Position numbers and translations under genes: made by a program. 64,000 bases of DNA from Octopus vulgaris (taxonomy: Eukaryota). Under the pieces are notes generated by a model. That model was not told the DNA's origin. It saw only the letters and a list, made by a program, of their open reading frames with translations, and made no database searches. Shown here one piece after another: positions 40,129 through 54,075 of this stretch. The DNA lies in assembly GCA_951406725.2 (NCBI GenBank), contig OX597816.1:108190001-108254000 (forward strand), given 5' to 3'. Every line of letters starts with the position of its first letter. Position 1 is the stretch's first letter.

Positions 40129-40822
40129 TAAATATTACTCATTGCGGTATTCTTTTTTCTAGTTCTCGCTGTTGTTGTTTCTTCTGTGTGTGTGATACCT
40201 TTCATTGAAAGAGTAAGGTATACTGCTGCTGCAGTTGTTGTGAACGATGATTTGGTTGTTCTTGTATAATCTCATCCTAACCCTAACTGAGCAGAATTAT
40301 GATTAGAGATATTCCACGCCACATTTTTTTCTTTTTTTTTATTCAAGCATACTCTATCCGGGACCACAAAATTCTGTGTCCCGCCTATTTTGAAGAATCG
40401 TAATCTGGAGGAATATTTGACTACTATTTCTACCGGATCCACTGACTACGCAGAAACCCATATGTTTGCTCGCATGTACAGTAGTATTATACGAATATTT
40501 TATAAGCATGCGTACATGTGCGTGTATTAGTCACCTTTTGTTTTAGACACCCTTTTTTATGAGTGTGTGTTATTGCATATTCGTTCCTAATATATATACC
40601 AGAGCGTGTTTGTGTGTACATGTATATATATATATATATAGCATTATGTGTAGAAGGTATTCTATCCCATTCTGTTTTTCTGTACGTCCTTGTTCATGTC
40701 ACCGCAAACCTTTTGACACTTGTTTTAATACGCACTTTGTGTTTCTACAAAGGTACGCGCTCACACACAATACACACATATTCACAGCACACACACACAT
40801 ATATAAGTATATATACATTTGC

Positions 40823-40925
<103 letters not shown>

Positions 40926-41192
40926 TATATCTTCGTGTATATATATATATGTGTGTGCGTATGATATATGTATGTATACATATATACTTATATATATGCA
41001 TATATATAAATATGTATATGTACATAAATATATATATATATATATATACATATACATAAATATATATACACATATATATACGTACATATATATATATATA
41101 TATATATACACTTACATGCATATACATATATACAATTACGTACATATACACACATATATATATACATATATATATGTGTATGTATATGTATG

Positions 41193-41259
<67 letters not shown>

Positions 41260-41926
41260 ATATAAATATATATATGTACGTATATATATGCGTAAATATA
41301 TTTATGTATATATATATGTATATATATATATATGCGTAAATATATTTGTGTATATATATATGCATATATATATCGATGTGCATATGCTTATACATGCAAA
41401 TACATATAAATTTGTATATATGTATATTAGTGTGTACGTCAAACATCGTCATAAACTCCAGAAGTCTTTGAAGAGACCCAAACATGAAACATTTTACAAA
41501 GAGCTGTTACATTTGATTTGAGGAATGGTCATTCAAAAGTACCATAATACTGTACAGAATTGATTCTTTTGCTTTTGTTTTTTTTCCTTTTTGTTTTGCT
41601 TAATGTTCTTGTGTATGTATGTATATACATATACACCTCATATATACATATTATACATGTGTGCGTATATATATATATACATATTTGTATGTGTGTGTGT
41701 GTGTGTGCGTGTGTGCGCGTATGTATGTAAAACATGAGCTTTGATCGCGCCTGTTTTATTGACGTGGTAAGATTTCATCTGTACGTCTGTCTGTTTACTT
41801 CTTGTTTTTAACGTGTACCTATTCAAATAAATACAGTGAAAAGAAAACAATGCATGATGATGATGTTGGTGGTGGTGGTGGTGGGAAGAAGAAGGTAGTC
41901 AGGGTGGATGGTGCTGTTGATGTCAT

Positions 41927-41964
<38 letters not shown>

Positions 41965-42095
41965 GGGAGGAGGAGGAGCAGGAGTAGGAGGATTATGATG
42001 ATGATGACAATGTTGATATGTCTCATTTGTCGACTGAAATCAAACAACATATACATAATGAATGATGACACAAAGAACGTAAGAAAGAAAGAAAT

Positions 42096-42149
<54 letters not shown>

Positions 42150-43254
42150 AGAGAGAGAGAGGGAGCGCGAGAGAGAGAGACAGAGAGAGAAAGAATTAAT
42201 TGTGATTTTCTGTTTTGAAGTTTGGAGGTCTTGTGGAGTTGGATACCTTTAGAAATATGAGCCAGTGACTTAATAAGAAAATATGTTTCGTACAAAGAAT
42301 CTAATTGCTATGTTGAAAGTGCGAGTTGCAGAACGACAGCAGGGCAACAATTTTAAAGAGAAGTGTTTACTCGATACCGTTGGTCCAGATGCTTGACCGT
42401 TTCTTTATTTTATCGACTCCGAAAGGATAAAATACAAAGTTGACCTCGATGGCATATGAATTCAAAACATAAAGAGCCAGTACAAATAACTCGAAGTATT
42501 TTTGCGACGCTTGTTTCTTCGTTGTCTCTTTAACCTCACCACCAGGTTCTTGCATGCTTTTCGTTGAATATATTCTATTGCAAGCATTGAGGACAATTTT
42601 CTGGTCTGAGGCTAACGTACTCCTGCCATATATCAATTACGTCGGCCCAGGTAAACATAAAACGCACTGAAAATCTCCAAGCTAATCTATTATAATTTTC
42701 ATGTTTTTGAATAATCAAACAGTTGCATGCTTCGGTATTTCATAGAAAACATGGCCGGCCTGAAAGAAGTCGCACTTTTGTTTATGAAATTGTCAGTTTA
42801 ATTTTGTGTGAACATTGAAATGTTATCGGAAGACGAATACAGAAATACGCTTTTATATTTTCCTCAAATAACTACAAAGCCACACAATGTTAAGAAGCAC
42901 ATAATTCAGTCATCAAAATCAACGCCTAGTTCCTGGATGATGCCAATTTTCTCAACTTCTGAAAAGTTAAAGCAATATATGAGCCTTGGCAGTATTGAGT
43001 ACAGAGCACAAACGGTTGTAAATAAATAGCGCAGTCTTTGGTCTGATGTGCTATTAATTACACTATTCTACCTATCTTTACGATAAAAATATCAATCTTT
43101 TGTTTCCTTCCGAATAAAACCGACAGTTACAAAATGCGTTTACATTTGATGGAAAATGTCTTCGGAGACTTTGGAAGTCACTTTGTTCAGATTAATCAAA
43201 ATACTCTGGTGCGTAAGTCGAAATACTAATAGGATCTGCAAGTTGCTTCTCTAA

Positions 43255-43665
43255 TCTTTTACTTGTTTTAGTTATTAGGCGACAACCATACTGGGGTATC
43301 GCCTTGAAGAGTGTTAGTCCAATAAATCTCCCCTTATATTTTTACTTATATATTTTACAGACTCTTCTATCGGTCTCTACAGTACTTATATGTTTTACAG
43401 CCTATCTGTCTCTAACCGCTAGATTGCAGTACCATAAACAAACCAACGCTGGTTACTAAGTGGGGGGAGGACAAACACAAAGACACATAGATATACGATA
43501 TACATGTGTGACGGTCTTTCAGTTCCTGTCAACCAAATCCACTGGTGAGGCTTTGGTCGGCTTGAGGCTATACTAGAAAATATTTACCCCGGATGCCACG
43601 CAGTGAAATTGAACCTGGAACCATGTAGCTGGGAGGCAAACTCCTCACTAAGCAGCCAAGCCCGC
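43255..43665 (-). mobile_element. CORE-type tRNA-SINE, decayed
   Basis: Colinear with the reverse complement of 55758-56152. Confidence 0.8.
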
Positions 43666-44360
43666 TTGTTTCGGGGACTTTTTTCTGCTTAGTTTTAGAC
43701 AATACATTTAACCCATGTAGATAAGAAGAAAGCAGTGTTAAAGCATATATCATACATGTCAAAAAAAAAAAGAACCAACTGAGGTAGAAGTGATACTACA
43801 GTTATCATAAAATTTTAGTGAGAGTTGTTATGGCTGTTACATAATACTCAGTGATAAAATATTAAATGAAAACGAACATATAACAAAATACCATTTATAA
43901 AGCAATAGGCTATTATTAAGATAAGCCATCTATCATAGAAAATAAAATTTTATTTACGAGCATTCATTCCAGACAGGTTTCTATGTAAAATTGCTGTTAA
44001 TGTTTATTAGGGTATATCGGCAGAAGACTTCATAATTTGAATTTAAATTTATCGCGTATTAGGTTTTCACTAAAACTTACAATCCGTGAAGTAATCGATA
44101 GGAAAAAGAAGCACACATACAAAAGAAACTATGCTTAAAGTCTACGCATTAGACCAATCAAATATTGGTATATATAATCGTTTGGATGTACATTAACACA
44201 AAGACATATACATACGTAGTATATATATGTGTGTGTATACACACACACATACATACATACAAATATAAATATATGTATGTACACATACACATACATACAC
44301 ACGTATAATCATATTTATATTCATAAGTTTCTGCATATATAAAGATGTATACATAAATGT

Positions 44361-44660
44361 GGAGGCACATGGCCTAGTGGTTAGAGCAGCGGACTCGTGG
44401 TCGAGGGATCGCGGTTTCAAATCTCAGACCGGGCGATGTGTGTGTTTATGAGAGCAATACACCTAAGCTCCACGCGGCTCCGGCAGAAGGTAATAGCGAA
44501 CTTCTGCTGACTCTTTCGCCACAATTTCTCTCACTCTTTCCTCCTGCATCTCGCAGCTCACCTGCGACGGACCGGCGTCCCGTCAGGGTGGGGAACCTAT
44601 ACGCCAAGGAAACCGGGAAACCGGCCCTTATGAGCCAGGCGTGGCTCGAAAAGGAACAAA
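44361..44660 (+). mobile_element. tRNA-derived SINE with GC-rich 3' half (cctgcgacggaccggcgtcccgtcaggg...gaaaccgggaaaccggccc)
   Basis: tggcctagtggttagagc A-box, ggtttcaaatc B-box; 3' motif resembles the V-SINE-like cctgcgatggactggcg block. Confidence 0.75.
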
Positions 44661-44681
44661 CATATATTATATGAGTGTGTA

Positions 44682-44737
<56 letters not shown>

Positions 44738-44837
44738 CAATTAATCAATATTAGGGTAGCAAAAAATTCAATAGAAATTATTTTGCCACCAGCGGTCTAG
44801 TGAGAAAGAGGAAATAGTCAGAGACTATTAATAAATT

Positions 44838-45274
44838 CAACAACAATTGAGGAACGGCTATAATAGGCCGTTCGACCCACTAGAAATAGCAGCCAGGGCT
44901 CCAACCGCAAATAGTAGTAATTCCGGAATCAGAGGAAAAATTAAAAAAACATTGACCCTGTTCTTCTTTAGACAATGCATTATTTCAGCGTTTTTTAAAA
45001 GGTAACTGCCTCGTGTAATTTCTGTCCCTTCTGGCTCCTTTACTGATGAACGCGTTGGCCTTTGGAAGATTGACTTGATTAAGTTTAATTTAATTTAATG
45101 AGGCTGGTTTACCATTAAAAAACGCTGAAACAATGCATTGTCTAAAGAAGAACAGGGTAAATGTTTTTTTAAATTTTTCCTCTGATTCCGGAATTACTAC
45201 TATTTGCGGTTGGAGCCCTGGCTGCTATTTCTAGTGGGTCGAACGGCCTATTATAGCCGTTCCTCAATTGTTGT

Positions 45275-45276
<2 letters not shown>
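44838..45276. repeat. Long inverted repeat, about 170-bp arms and about 90-bp spacer, between (TA)n tracts
   Basis: 44838-~45010 is the near-perfect reverse complement of ~45100-45276. Confidence 0.95.
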
Positions 45277-45314
<38 letters not shown>

Positions 45315-45345
45315 CAAAATAAGCAAGAAGAATCTCCAAAGGTAG

Positions 45346-45433
45346 TGTAGTACAATCGTTTCAAGCTACTTAATTTAATTAAACAATGTAAGTATTACAT
45401 CAGTTTTAAAATGTAGAGCACTCTTCAGCCACA
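45346..45433 (-). ncRNA. Type-I hammerhead ribozyme with long stem II
   Basis: TGTGG-CTGAAGA-gtgctctac...gtagctt-GAAA-CGATTG-TA-CTACA; about 35 nt upstream of (TA)n on this strand. Confidence 0.65.
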
Positions 45434-45524
45434 TATGGAATTTTTAAAATTAAATTGACAATGTTCACTTATGTACTTATTCCATTTGCCAACATTACAA
45501 AGAGGGTAGATATACAGTCATTAT

Positions 45525-45882
45525 ACTGCGGCCATGCTGGGACACCGCCTTGAATAATTTCTTTTAGTTAAATGAATCGACCCCAGTCCATTTTTTTCAA
45601 CCTGGTACTTATTCTTTCGATTGCTTTTGCCGAACCGCTAAGCTGTGGGGATGTAAACACACCAGCACCTGTTGTCAAGCGGTGGTGGAGGACCAAAGAC
45701 AGACACAAGGACATACATGTATATGTATACATACGACGGGCTTCTTTCAGTTTCCTTCTACTAACTCAACTCCGAAGGCTTTGGTCAGCCTGAGGCTATG
45801 ATAGAAGACTTGCCCACGGTGCCTCGTAGTGGGATTGAACCCAGAACCATGTGGTTGGGGAGTAAATTTCTTACCACACCGC
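45525..45882 (-). mobile_element. CORE-type tRNA-SINE
   Basis: Colinear with the reverse complement of 55758-56152. Confidence 0.88.
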
Positions 45883-46629
45883 CAAGCATGCAATATTATC
45901 TTCAAGCCGGCCACTATTTCCAACAAATAATATGCTTACTTTTCCCAATGAGATTGGCAAAATTATATGCAAGAGATTTGATCTCGTATATCATGAGTTG
46001 GTAAAGAACAATATATATTCTAGTCGAACAATTAACAGCTCCTTATCTGTTGATATGAAAGTAGAACCGTAATTAACATAAAACTACATATTAGTTTAGC
46101 AAAGAAAAGTCAATACCACAATTATACTACATATGTATGTAGGTATGTAAGTATGTATGTATGTACGTATGCATGTAATTAGAGAATATCGGCTTTTCTT
46201 TAAAACACTAATTACAATTACTGTATACGATTAGTCTGTCGATTCTACATATGTGTATATGTATGAGTTTGTGTGTGTATGTGCGTGTGTGTGACAAGCA
46301 GAATGATATATTTTAAAAATAGCTTTCTTTTTATTAAACAAAATACTCAAGTTTGATTTTTCTCCAATTGCAATTTGTGTATAGAAAAGTTGTTATAGTT
46401 TTATTTGAGAGGTAAGCACTTGTGCCTATGTCCTTTACAGGCCTTTTAAGAATACTGACATCCATCCTCCTTTTCCCCTCTTCTGCGTTGTCGTCGTCGT
46501 CCTCCTCCTCATCATCATCATCACAATCACCATCACCTCTCTCATTATAGTTGTCGTCGTCGTAACTATAGTCGTCGTAGTCGTCGTCATTACCATCGTC
46601 ATAATCGTAAGTACATTTTTTCATGCTTG

Positions 46630-47030
46630 TATAGGTTAAGCGAGTTCTCTACTAAAATCGACTTGCCACTATTTACCTTCTTTTGTTATCTTTATTGTGA
46701 GGTTCTTCATCCTTAGATGATCGTTCACTAAATTTGTCCCTATATTTTACTGTCTCCTTCCACTGTGTTTTTTTTTGTAATGGATTTTAACCATTTATTA
46801 TCATCGTGACGCGTTACATGTGGGTACCAGCTCTTACACACTACAGCTAATTCATTTTATCCCAATCGCTCAAATTCTTGTTCTCAACTCGTCGTTCGTG
46901 TACATTATCATTACACTCTCAGCAGAACATGCTTGCTTCATTTCTTTCTAACATTCATACACCTTCTACATTCAGCACACGCGTTTCACAATTATTCACT
47001 ATCGCAGCTCGTCCTCTGGATCGATGTAGT
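46630..47030 (-). mobile_element. RTE-type LINE remnant, strongly decayed
   Basis: Minus peptide AAIVNNCETRVLNVEGV*MLERNEASMFC*ECNDNVH (cf. MLHGSETWAL...LERNEASMLRWMC). Confidence 0.6.
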
Positions 47031-49168
47031 TAATGTTCAATTGAAATAGCTGTAAATTGAAACCTGTTGAAAATGTGTATGAAAAGACAATTCCAAAAGA
47101 TGGCAGCACCATGAACGAAGTGTTAAGAAACGACGGTTGCTGTAAGATCTGGTATGATTGATTTGTAACAGATGGTGAGAGGAGGCGATATGACGATACG
47201 GCAATACGTGTGTGTCAGATGGACTTAAGTGAAGGTGGTATGCAACTTATTCAGAGGAGTGGAATCCCATGCTGTAATCATATAAAAAGCTGTATTATGC
47301 TGCTCTTAGATTATTTCTAAAATTGTTTCGCATCTGTATTAAGCTGTTTCAATTGTAGAACATCTGAAACATGAGGGCGGAGAGATAACTTGGAGAATGT
47401 CTGCCCACATTGAACTTAATAATTTTGTTGATATAATCGTCTTTATTGTGTTGTTCAGAGAATTTTGCTCTAAGATGGATTCCATCAGTATTAAGCTATT
47501 TCAAATGTAGCACATCTGCAACATGAAATCAAGCATACAAAAATAAGCGTCGAGCAATTTTTTGTTTCTATTTCATCCTTTTAAATATTTCTTGGGTCAG
47601 TTGCCTTTCCATATCCGTATGGCGTCGATAAATCTAGGGCAAGTAAGATACTGAAGTGAATCAATAAATTACAACATTTTGCGACAAGAATTGACCTTGT
47701 ACTTAAGAAGAAAATCTACATTTTAAAGAAAGCATGAAGGCTGCTGAGCTAAGCAGTTTACTAGATTAGTGAAGTGAATATGAGTGACTAAGCAATGATC
47801 TCGCCTTAAAAGCACGTCGCTTAAAAGCCAAAAGAAAATAATGTTCTGAAGAAAAACTCGGAACAAAATAAAATTATCAGCTTTAAAACATTAACACTTT
47901 GTAGTTCTTTTTCTACATTACGTTCCACATTTCTTCACCTTCTGACAGTGACGAGCAGTGGGGGTATTTTTACTAAAATAATTCTACTTAATTCTCTTGA
48001 TGTAATAAAGTCATTACTGCTAGTTCCGAATCATTGGTATTCCATATCGAATTAAGAAGCGCCAAGGTAGTAATATTTTTAGTAATCAATTTTGCAGTTG
48101 GGTTTGCTTCATTTGATGCCACCATTTATTCTATAATAACCCGTGAATATCATATGATCACCCTCTTCCCCGATAAAATATGTGATGTTATGTCTAAATG
48201 AGAAATGTCTACTTTAGAAGCAATATCTACATGTTTTATGCACTTTCTAGTTTCTCGAACATTCTAGAACATTCTATGATCACCTCCACAATGTAACTCG
48301 ATCTGCTAGAGCAAACATCCAAATAATTCTTAAATCATACTCAAACATTTTACAAAAGGAAATGACACGTTCGATCACGCAGTCTCTGATATACTATGCA
48401 TGAAAGAAACAAAACAGACAATATAATAGCAATAACATCTTCGATCATAGTTCTGCTTGAGCATGATCGATCTAGGACTAACCAACAACATCCTGGACTT
48501 AAAATAATCTCATTTTCCTGTAGTTTATCAATTCCAAGACGTACTTCAGTAAGATAATATTATTTTTATCCTTCTGTGCATGCATTTTTCAGTTATATAA
48601 ATTAGGTTTATCACCATTTAAATGTTGATTCATTGTATTAGTAGAAGCAATAATTTATTTTCTCAACTTCAAAGTAAACGAGAATGCAGACAACACCGTA
48701 TTTTCCTTTTGTTCGCAGTAAATGTATATTGCGTGTATAGTAATCATTTTTCTACAAAAGAAGATGTGGTTCTTTCTGAAAAAAGATAATTAAAAATATA
48801 TTGCTTTATGTGCATACGTGTAAGGCAAAAATCTCATTCGTTAAACAATCTTATTAAAGATAGACTCAAAACAAATACTTTGAAGAGAAATGTGAATTAT
48901 GAGAGTAACGTTCATATTGAGTTCAAAGTACTCATTTGTCAACTTGTACTCTTATTTCATACATTCATTTGTGAAATATAGCGTCGTTAGTTACAAATTT
49001 GCTAACTATCCAATCTCTGGTTCATTGCATTTCCGATAGGGAAAGGAATAAACAGCATCTGTAATCTAATGCAATAAATTTTGTAGAAAAATTTCTGAAG
49101 AGTTTCATATGAGTATATCCTTTGCCAATATTCATCGGCGAAAGATATATATAACAATTATATAATTC

Positions 49169-49208
<40 letters not shown>

Positions 49209-49304
49209 TAAGCACACTACAAATCTGTTTATACAGATGCATGCATACATGCAAACACGCATATATATACACGTGTGTATACATATATGTATGTGTGTGT
49301 ACAC

Positions 49305-49351
<47 letters not shown>

Positions 49352-49407
49352 TATGTGTATACATAGATATGTGTATGTATACAAGCATATATATATGTGT
49401 GTGTAGT

Positions 49408-49675
49408 GAGGACGCATGGACTAGTGGGAAGTGTGTTGCAGGCACGACCGTGTAGTCGAGGTTTCAATTCCTACACCTGGTGGTGCATTATGTTCTTGCG
49501 CAAAACACTACATCTCGCGTTGCTTTTCGATCACTTGCACGCCTGACGCGTGGTACACTGTGCACCTGTTCAGGCAACTTCGATTTGATGGAAGGAATAC
49601 TCTAATGTACAAAACATACATTTGATCACTATAATCAAATCATTTGTGCAGGTCGTTCAACAAAAGCTGAACACT
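49408..49675 (+). mobile_element. tRNA-derived SINE (family of 15898-16170)
   Basis: tggactagtgg head, ggtttcaattcc B-box, shared body. Confidence 0.75.
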
Positions 49676-49749
49676 TATACATACATACATGCATACATAC
49701 ATACATACACATATACATGGTATCATATATATATATATACATACATGGT

Positions 49750-49796
<47 letters not shown>

Positions 49797-51963
49797 CCAG
49801 GCTTCCTTCTACTCATAAAGAGTTGGTCTTTTGATGGCCATAGTAAAAAAACACTTGTCCCAAGTGCCGCATAGCTGGACCGAACTCAGATCAAAACGGT
49901 CACGAAGTGAATATCTTAAAATCGTAATTATTAGTAGTTTGTTTGTTTTTTTCATCATGAAATCAATTTTCTTTAATATAGCAAAACTATAACCTATTGA
50001 TTCGTTTGGTTGCCCATTGGAAAATTCATCATCATGGTGTAAGCAGTTGGTTAGCATGTCTAGAGTATCAAGCATTTATAGTGATACAGAAGTCCTGAAA
50101 AATATATTTGAAATAATTATGAGTGAAGAAATATTGATGAGGTATTGTCATGTCGTTAAGCCTCACGTCAGCCCAGATCGTTCAAATATATAATGAAAGG
50201 TGTTCCAACAGAGGCCATTTCACAATTTTTTCGGCATGCTATGTATAGAACTACATTATACTTTAGGGCTTAGAGCTTAGTGATTAGTGTTGGGTTCACA
50301 ATCACATTGTTGTGGGTTCATTTCCTGGACTGGACGGCGCGCTGTGTTCTTGAGCAAGACATCGTTTCGCGTAGCTTCAGACTACTTAAACTAAGTACCA
50401 GCTGACAACAGATGTAGACCTATCACTACTCCAGTTTTCACATCCTCGATGTCATGTCCCACTGAATCAAGGACCAAGAGGCTGGCGACTACGTAAATTC
50501 CTCAAAAAATTAGGTACCAAATATACGCCACCATGTCATACTCGACTGCAAGTGACGGTTAGGCAAACTTAAGCATAGGAGGATTTAAGGGAGATTTACG
50601 TGCTGTTTTTAGCATGCTGTATGCCCACAATGCTACCTTCGTTACCCTGTCATTAGTTAGTTTAATTAGTAGATTGGCCAAGTTTTCTATATCTTCTCTG
50701 ATGTTGCATGTCCCATTGTTCTTGGTTATACTACAATGTAGGAAGTCCCTAGCATAAAAGACAAAGATAAATGAGTGATGATACGGAAACAATTCAGAAT
50801 CGCTCTTTCAAATTGCTGCTGACATTAACGGACTTGGCACACTGAGATAGAACACTTGCAAGCCTAAGCTTACCATACACCATCAGCGTGTCTTCACTCT
50901 TTTAATAATTTCTAAAACTCTGGAAGTTGTAGTGTCTGTCTGATTTCAAATATATCTCTGGGGGTTTCTGTATCACAATAAATACCAGACTAATCCGTAC
51001 ATGCTTCCTATAAGATAATGAGATGTTACGTAAAGATGTCTTTCCGGAATCAAACAGAAAAATTCCAATTGGTCGCTCAACCAACTAGAAATAACAACCA
51101 AGTGATCTTCAAATCATGATCTATCGTATTAAAAAGTGAAAAGGACACATTAGATAATGTAGTCCGAAATAGATCTCGAACAATGCTGACCTGGATACAA
51201 GCAAAACCTATAGCAATTCTATCGACTTCACCAGTTTATTTGTTTATATACAGTTATCTTTATTTTCAAGTTTATTTGGTGTACATTTACGATGTATTTA
51301 TTGGAAAACTACGCTATTGAAATATTTGCACTGAATAAAAAATATAAGAGATTACTCAGGAAGTATTTTTGCAAATCAACTCAGCATGCAATTTTTAAAA
51401 ATCTTTCTTTATCATAAGCATCTACTAAACCCTCTCGATATTTTCTTCCAATACCAATGCACTTAGAAATGCTATTTATGCATTCAACCACTCCGACACG
51501 CAAACATGTACGCACACACATATACATGTGCGTGCATGTATGTATGTATTATGCATGTATATGTGAGCATACAATGTATGTATGTGTACATGTATGTTAG
51601 AGTGTATGTATGTATTCGACAGTAACATCATGTAGGTTTTAAGTATAAATATATATTGAGATAATAATTTTATTTTTCTAAAGAAGATTTTCCTGCAAAT
51701 ACATGTTTTCTATCTAACTGTCCATTTATCTGTCGATCGAGCGGTCTATCTATACACATATGTATATAATGGATTAATTTCACTATTTTCCACCATTTAA
51801 TTTTCATACCGGATAACAAAGTCATTTTTCATAATAACATAATACATAGCCTCCCTAAGTCAGATACAGAGTACACTTTTTGCAATATTTTATGCAATAT
51901 CATTTTGTTCGCAATACCACGTTTTCTGTGCGGTATGAAATTACTAAAAGGTAGTCTTAGTAA

Positions 51964-52038
<75 letters not shown>

Positions 52039-52197
52039 ATGCGTGTGTGTGTTGGGTGCGTACTATATTCCAACTGAATATTTATCTCAGGACTCGATTT
52101 TCGCGCCTGCAGATTGCAGTAGCACGAAACTTGTGTCGGGAAATAAATATTTAGTTTCAGGAAACCGTACATGAAATAACATATATTGAGCTCTTGT

Positions 52198-52240
52198 AGG
52201 TAGATAGATAGATAGATAGGAAGATAGATAGACAGACAGG

Positions 52241-52305
<65 letters not shown>

Positions 52306-52372
52306 GGACGGAGGGACGGACGGACGGACGGACGGACGGACGGACGGACGGATGGATGGATGGATAGATAGA
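52198..52372. repeat. Compound tetranucleotide tract (TAGA)n-(GGAC)n-(GGAT)n
   Basis: Directly visible. Confidence 0.95.
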
Positions 52373-52376
52373 TATA

Positions 52377-52553
52377 TTTTTCCTACTATAAGCAGAAGTC
52401 CTGAAATTTTGGGAGAGGGAGCTAGTGGATGACACCAAACCCGAAAGGATACAAGGCAAAGTCGACCTTGGTGGCATTTGAACTCAAAACAAAGCCGGAA
52501 GAATTGCCGCAGAGTATTTTATCCGGCTTGCTAACGATTCAATCAACTCGCCT
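52377..52553 (-). mobile_element. tRNA-SINE of the 5855 family
   Basis: aaggcaaagtcgaccttggtggcatttgaactca is the reverse complement of the body. Confidence 0.8.
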
Positions 52554-53624
52554 TACACACATAAACAGACACGCAGACACGCACACACCGCAAACACACG
52601 CGCGCGCGCACATACACATACACATATATATATCTATATGTATGTATATGTGTGTGCGCGCGTGTGTATGTGTGTGTGTGCGTATGTGCGTGTATGTATG
52701 AGTGTGTATGTGTGTATGCATATATCAATATGCTTGAATAGACAGATACAAATATAGATGTACACAACATATATATATGCAAATACACATAGTTCGAGAA
52801 CGTGTGATATGTGTGGTATATGTTTGTGAGCATATATACAACGGCAGCTATGTAGATACTTGCACCACGCTCTGTAGCCATCTGAGTGGATAACTTTCGT
52901 ACGAAGAAAAAGAAATAATTGTAACGGTTCATTTAACTCTGGCGCCGTAACACCGACTGAAAGCCTCTTATAGCTTACACATGAATGCATGTCTTTGTTA
53001 ACATGACAACTAATAAGAAATTACCAAGTACACAAACACAGCATGAACAAAAATTAGCACAGATGAAACCTAAATAGCAATTTAAAAAATAGATTTAGAT
53101 ATCTAATTAGTTAAGTGGGTGGTAACAGACTCTCTGTTTTGAAATTGTAAACACTGTCAACAACCTCTCAATAGACAGTGTATTTCTGTTTCAAAATTCA
53201 ACTTCCAAAATCTTTTCGACTGTAGACATAAGGACAGGAATTTTGGGCGGAGGAAGTATAAGTCAATACTTTAGCATTTTTCTCATAAACTTTTCATTAT
53301 TTGACTATGCTCTCGTTAAGAGAATAACAAATATAAATAGAGAAATTCCAGCTTATTCTCAATGGCTCGCACTCTCTTGGAAATTACTGACGCCCCAACC
53401 CCCACCCCTAGGGCGCGCGCCGTCCAGGTTAAGAAACACTGCTCTAGTCAATAACAAAAATTCTAAAATGAATGACCAAGCTAGTTTTAAAATCTCTATG
53501 CTAGATGCAAGTAGTAACTCTACTGAAAAGTAAAGTAATCGTTGTTACCACCTCAACGTATTTGTATTTTTCGAAATGGGACGAACGACTGCCATGTCCA
53601 GCAGACAGGTATAACCAGTACCAA

Positions 53625-53925
53625 AAAAAGGCTAATACCCAGAAACCAGCTGGTCTATTGATTCCTGTCAACTCTGGATAGGAGTTGTCCTCTCCCTTGT
53701 TTGCAATATAATAGACAAAGATAACCAGCTCGAGATGTCCTCCTGGGTCGAAAAAGAGTTTCGCCAAGAGAAAGGCAAAGGCTACAGTTTGACACCATTT
53801 CTACAGCTAAGTGAACTGTAGCAATGTGAAATAAAGTGTCTTGCTCAAGAACACAAGACACAGCCCGGTCTGCGAATTGGAATCATTATTAGCTCATAAT
53901 TGTGAGCAGGGTGTTCTAACCATTC
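53625..53925 (-). mobile_element. tRNA-derived SINE (family of 55358-55665)
   Basis: aaagtgtcttgctcaagaacac and catttctacagct are reverse complements of motifs in the 55358 copy. Confidence 0.65.
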
Positions 53926-53945
53926 ACCTATATCTATACATATAC

Positions 53946-53976
<31 letters not shown>

Positions 53977-53985
53977 TTTACATAA

Positions 53986-54037
53986 TGGCGGTGCCCCAGC
54001 ATGGCCACAGCTCATTAGCTGAAACTGGAAAAAAAAT
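53986..54037 (+). mobile_element. Isolated CR1-type 3' tail inserted in (TA)n
   Basis: ggcggtgccccagcatggccacagctcattagctgaaac. Confidence 0.75.
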
Positions 54038-54041
54038 CAAA

Positions 54042-54075
<34 letters not shown>

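Noticed and set aside
40276-40287. Telomeric CCTAAC repeats
   Set aside because: Only about two units, expected by chance
46334-46624. Acidic D/E-rich ORF
   Set aside because: Degenerate (GAT/GAC)n microsatellite adjacent to a LINE remnant
53170-53445. Second hAT MITE (right end ggttaagaaacactg)
   Set aside because: No convincing left TIR or TSD found
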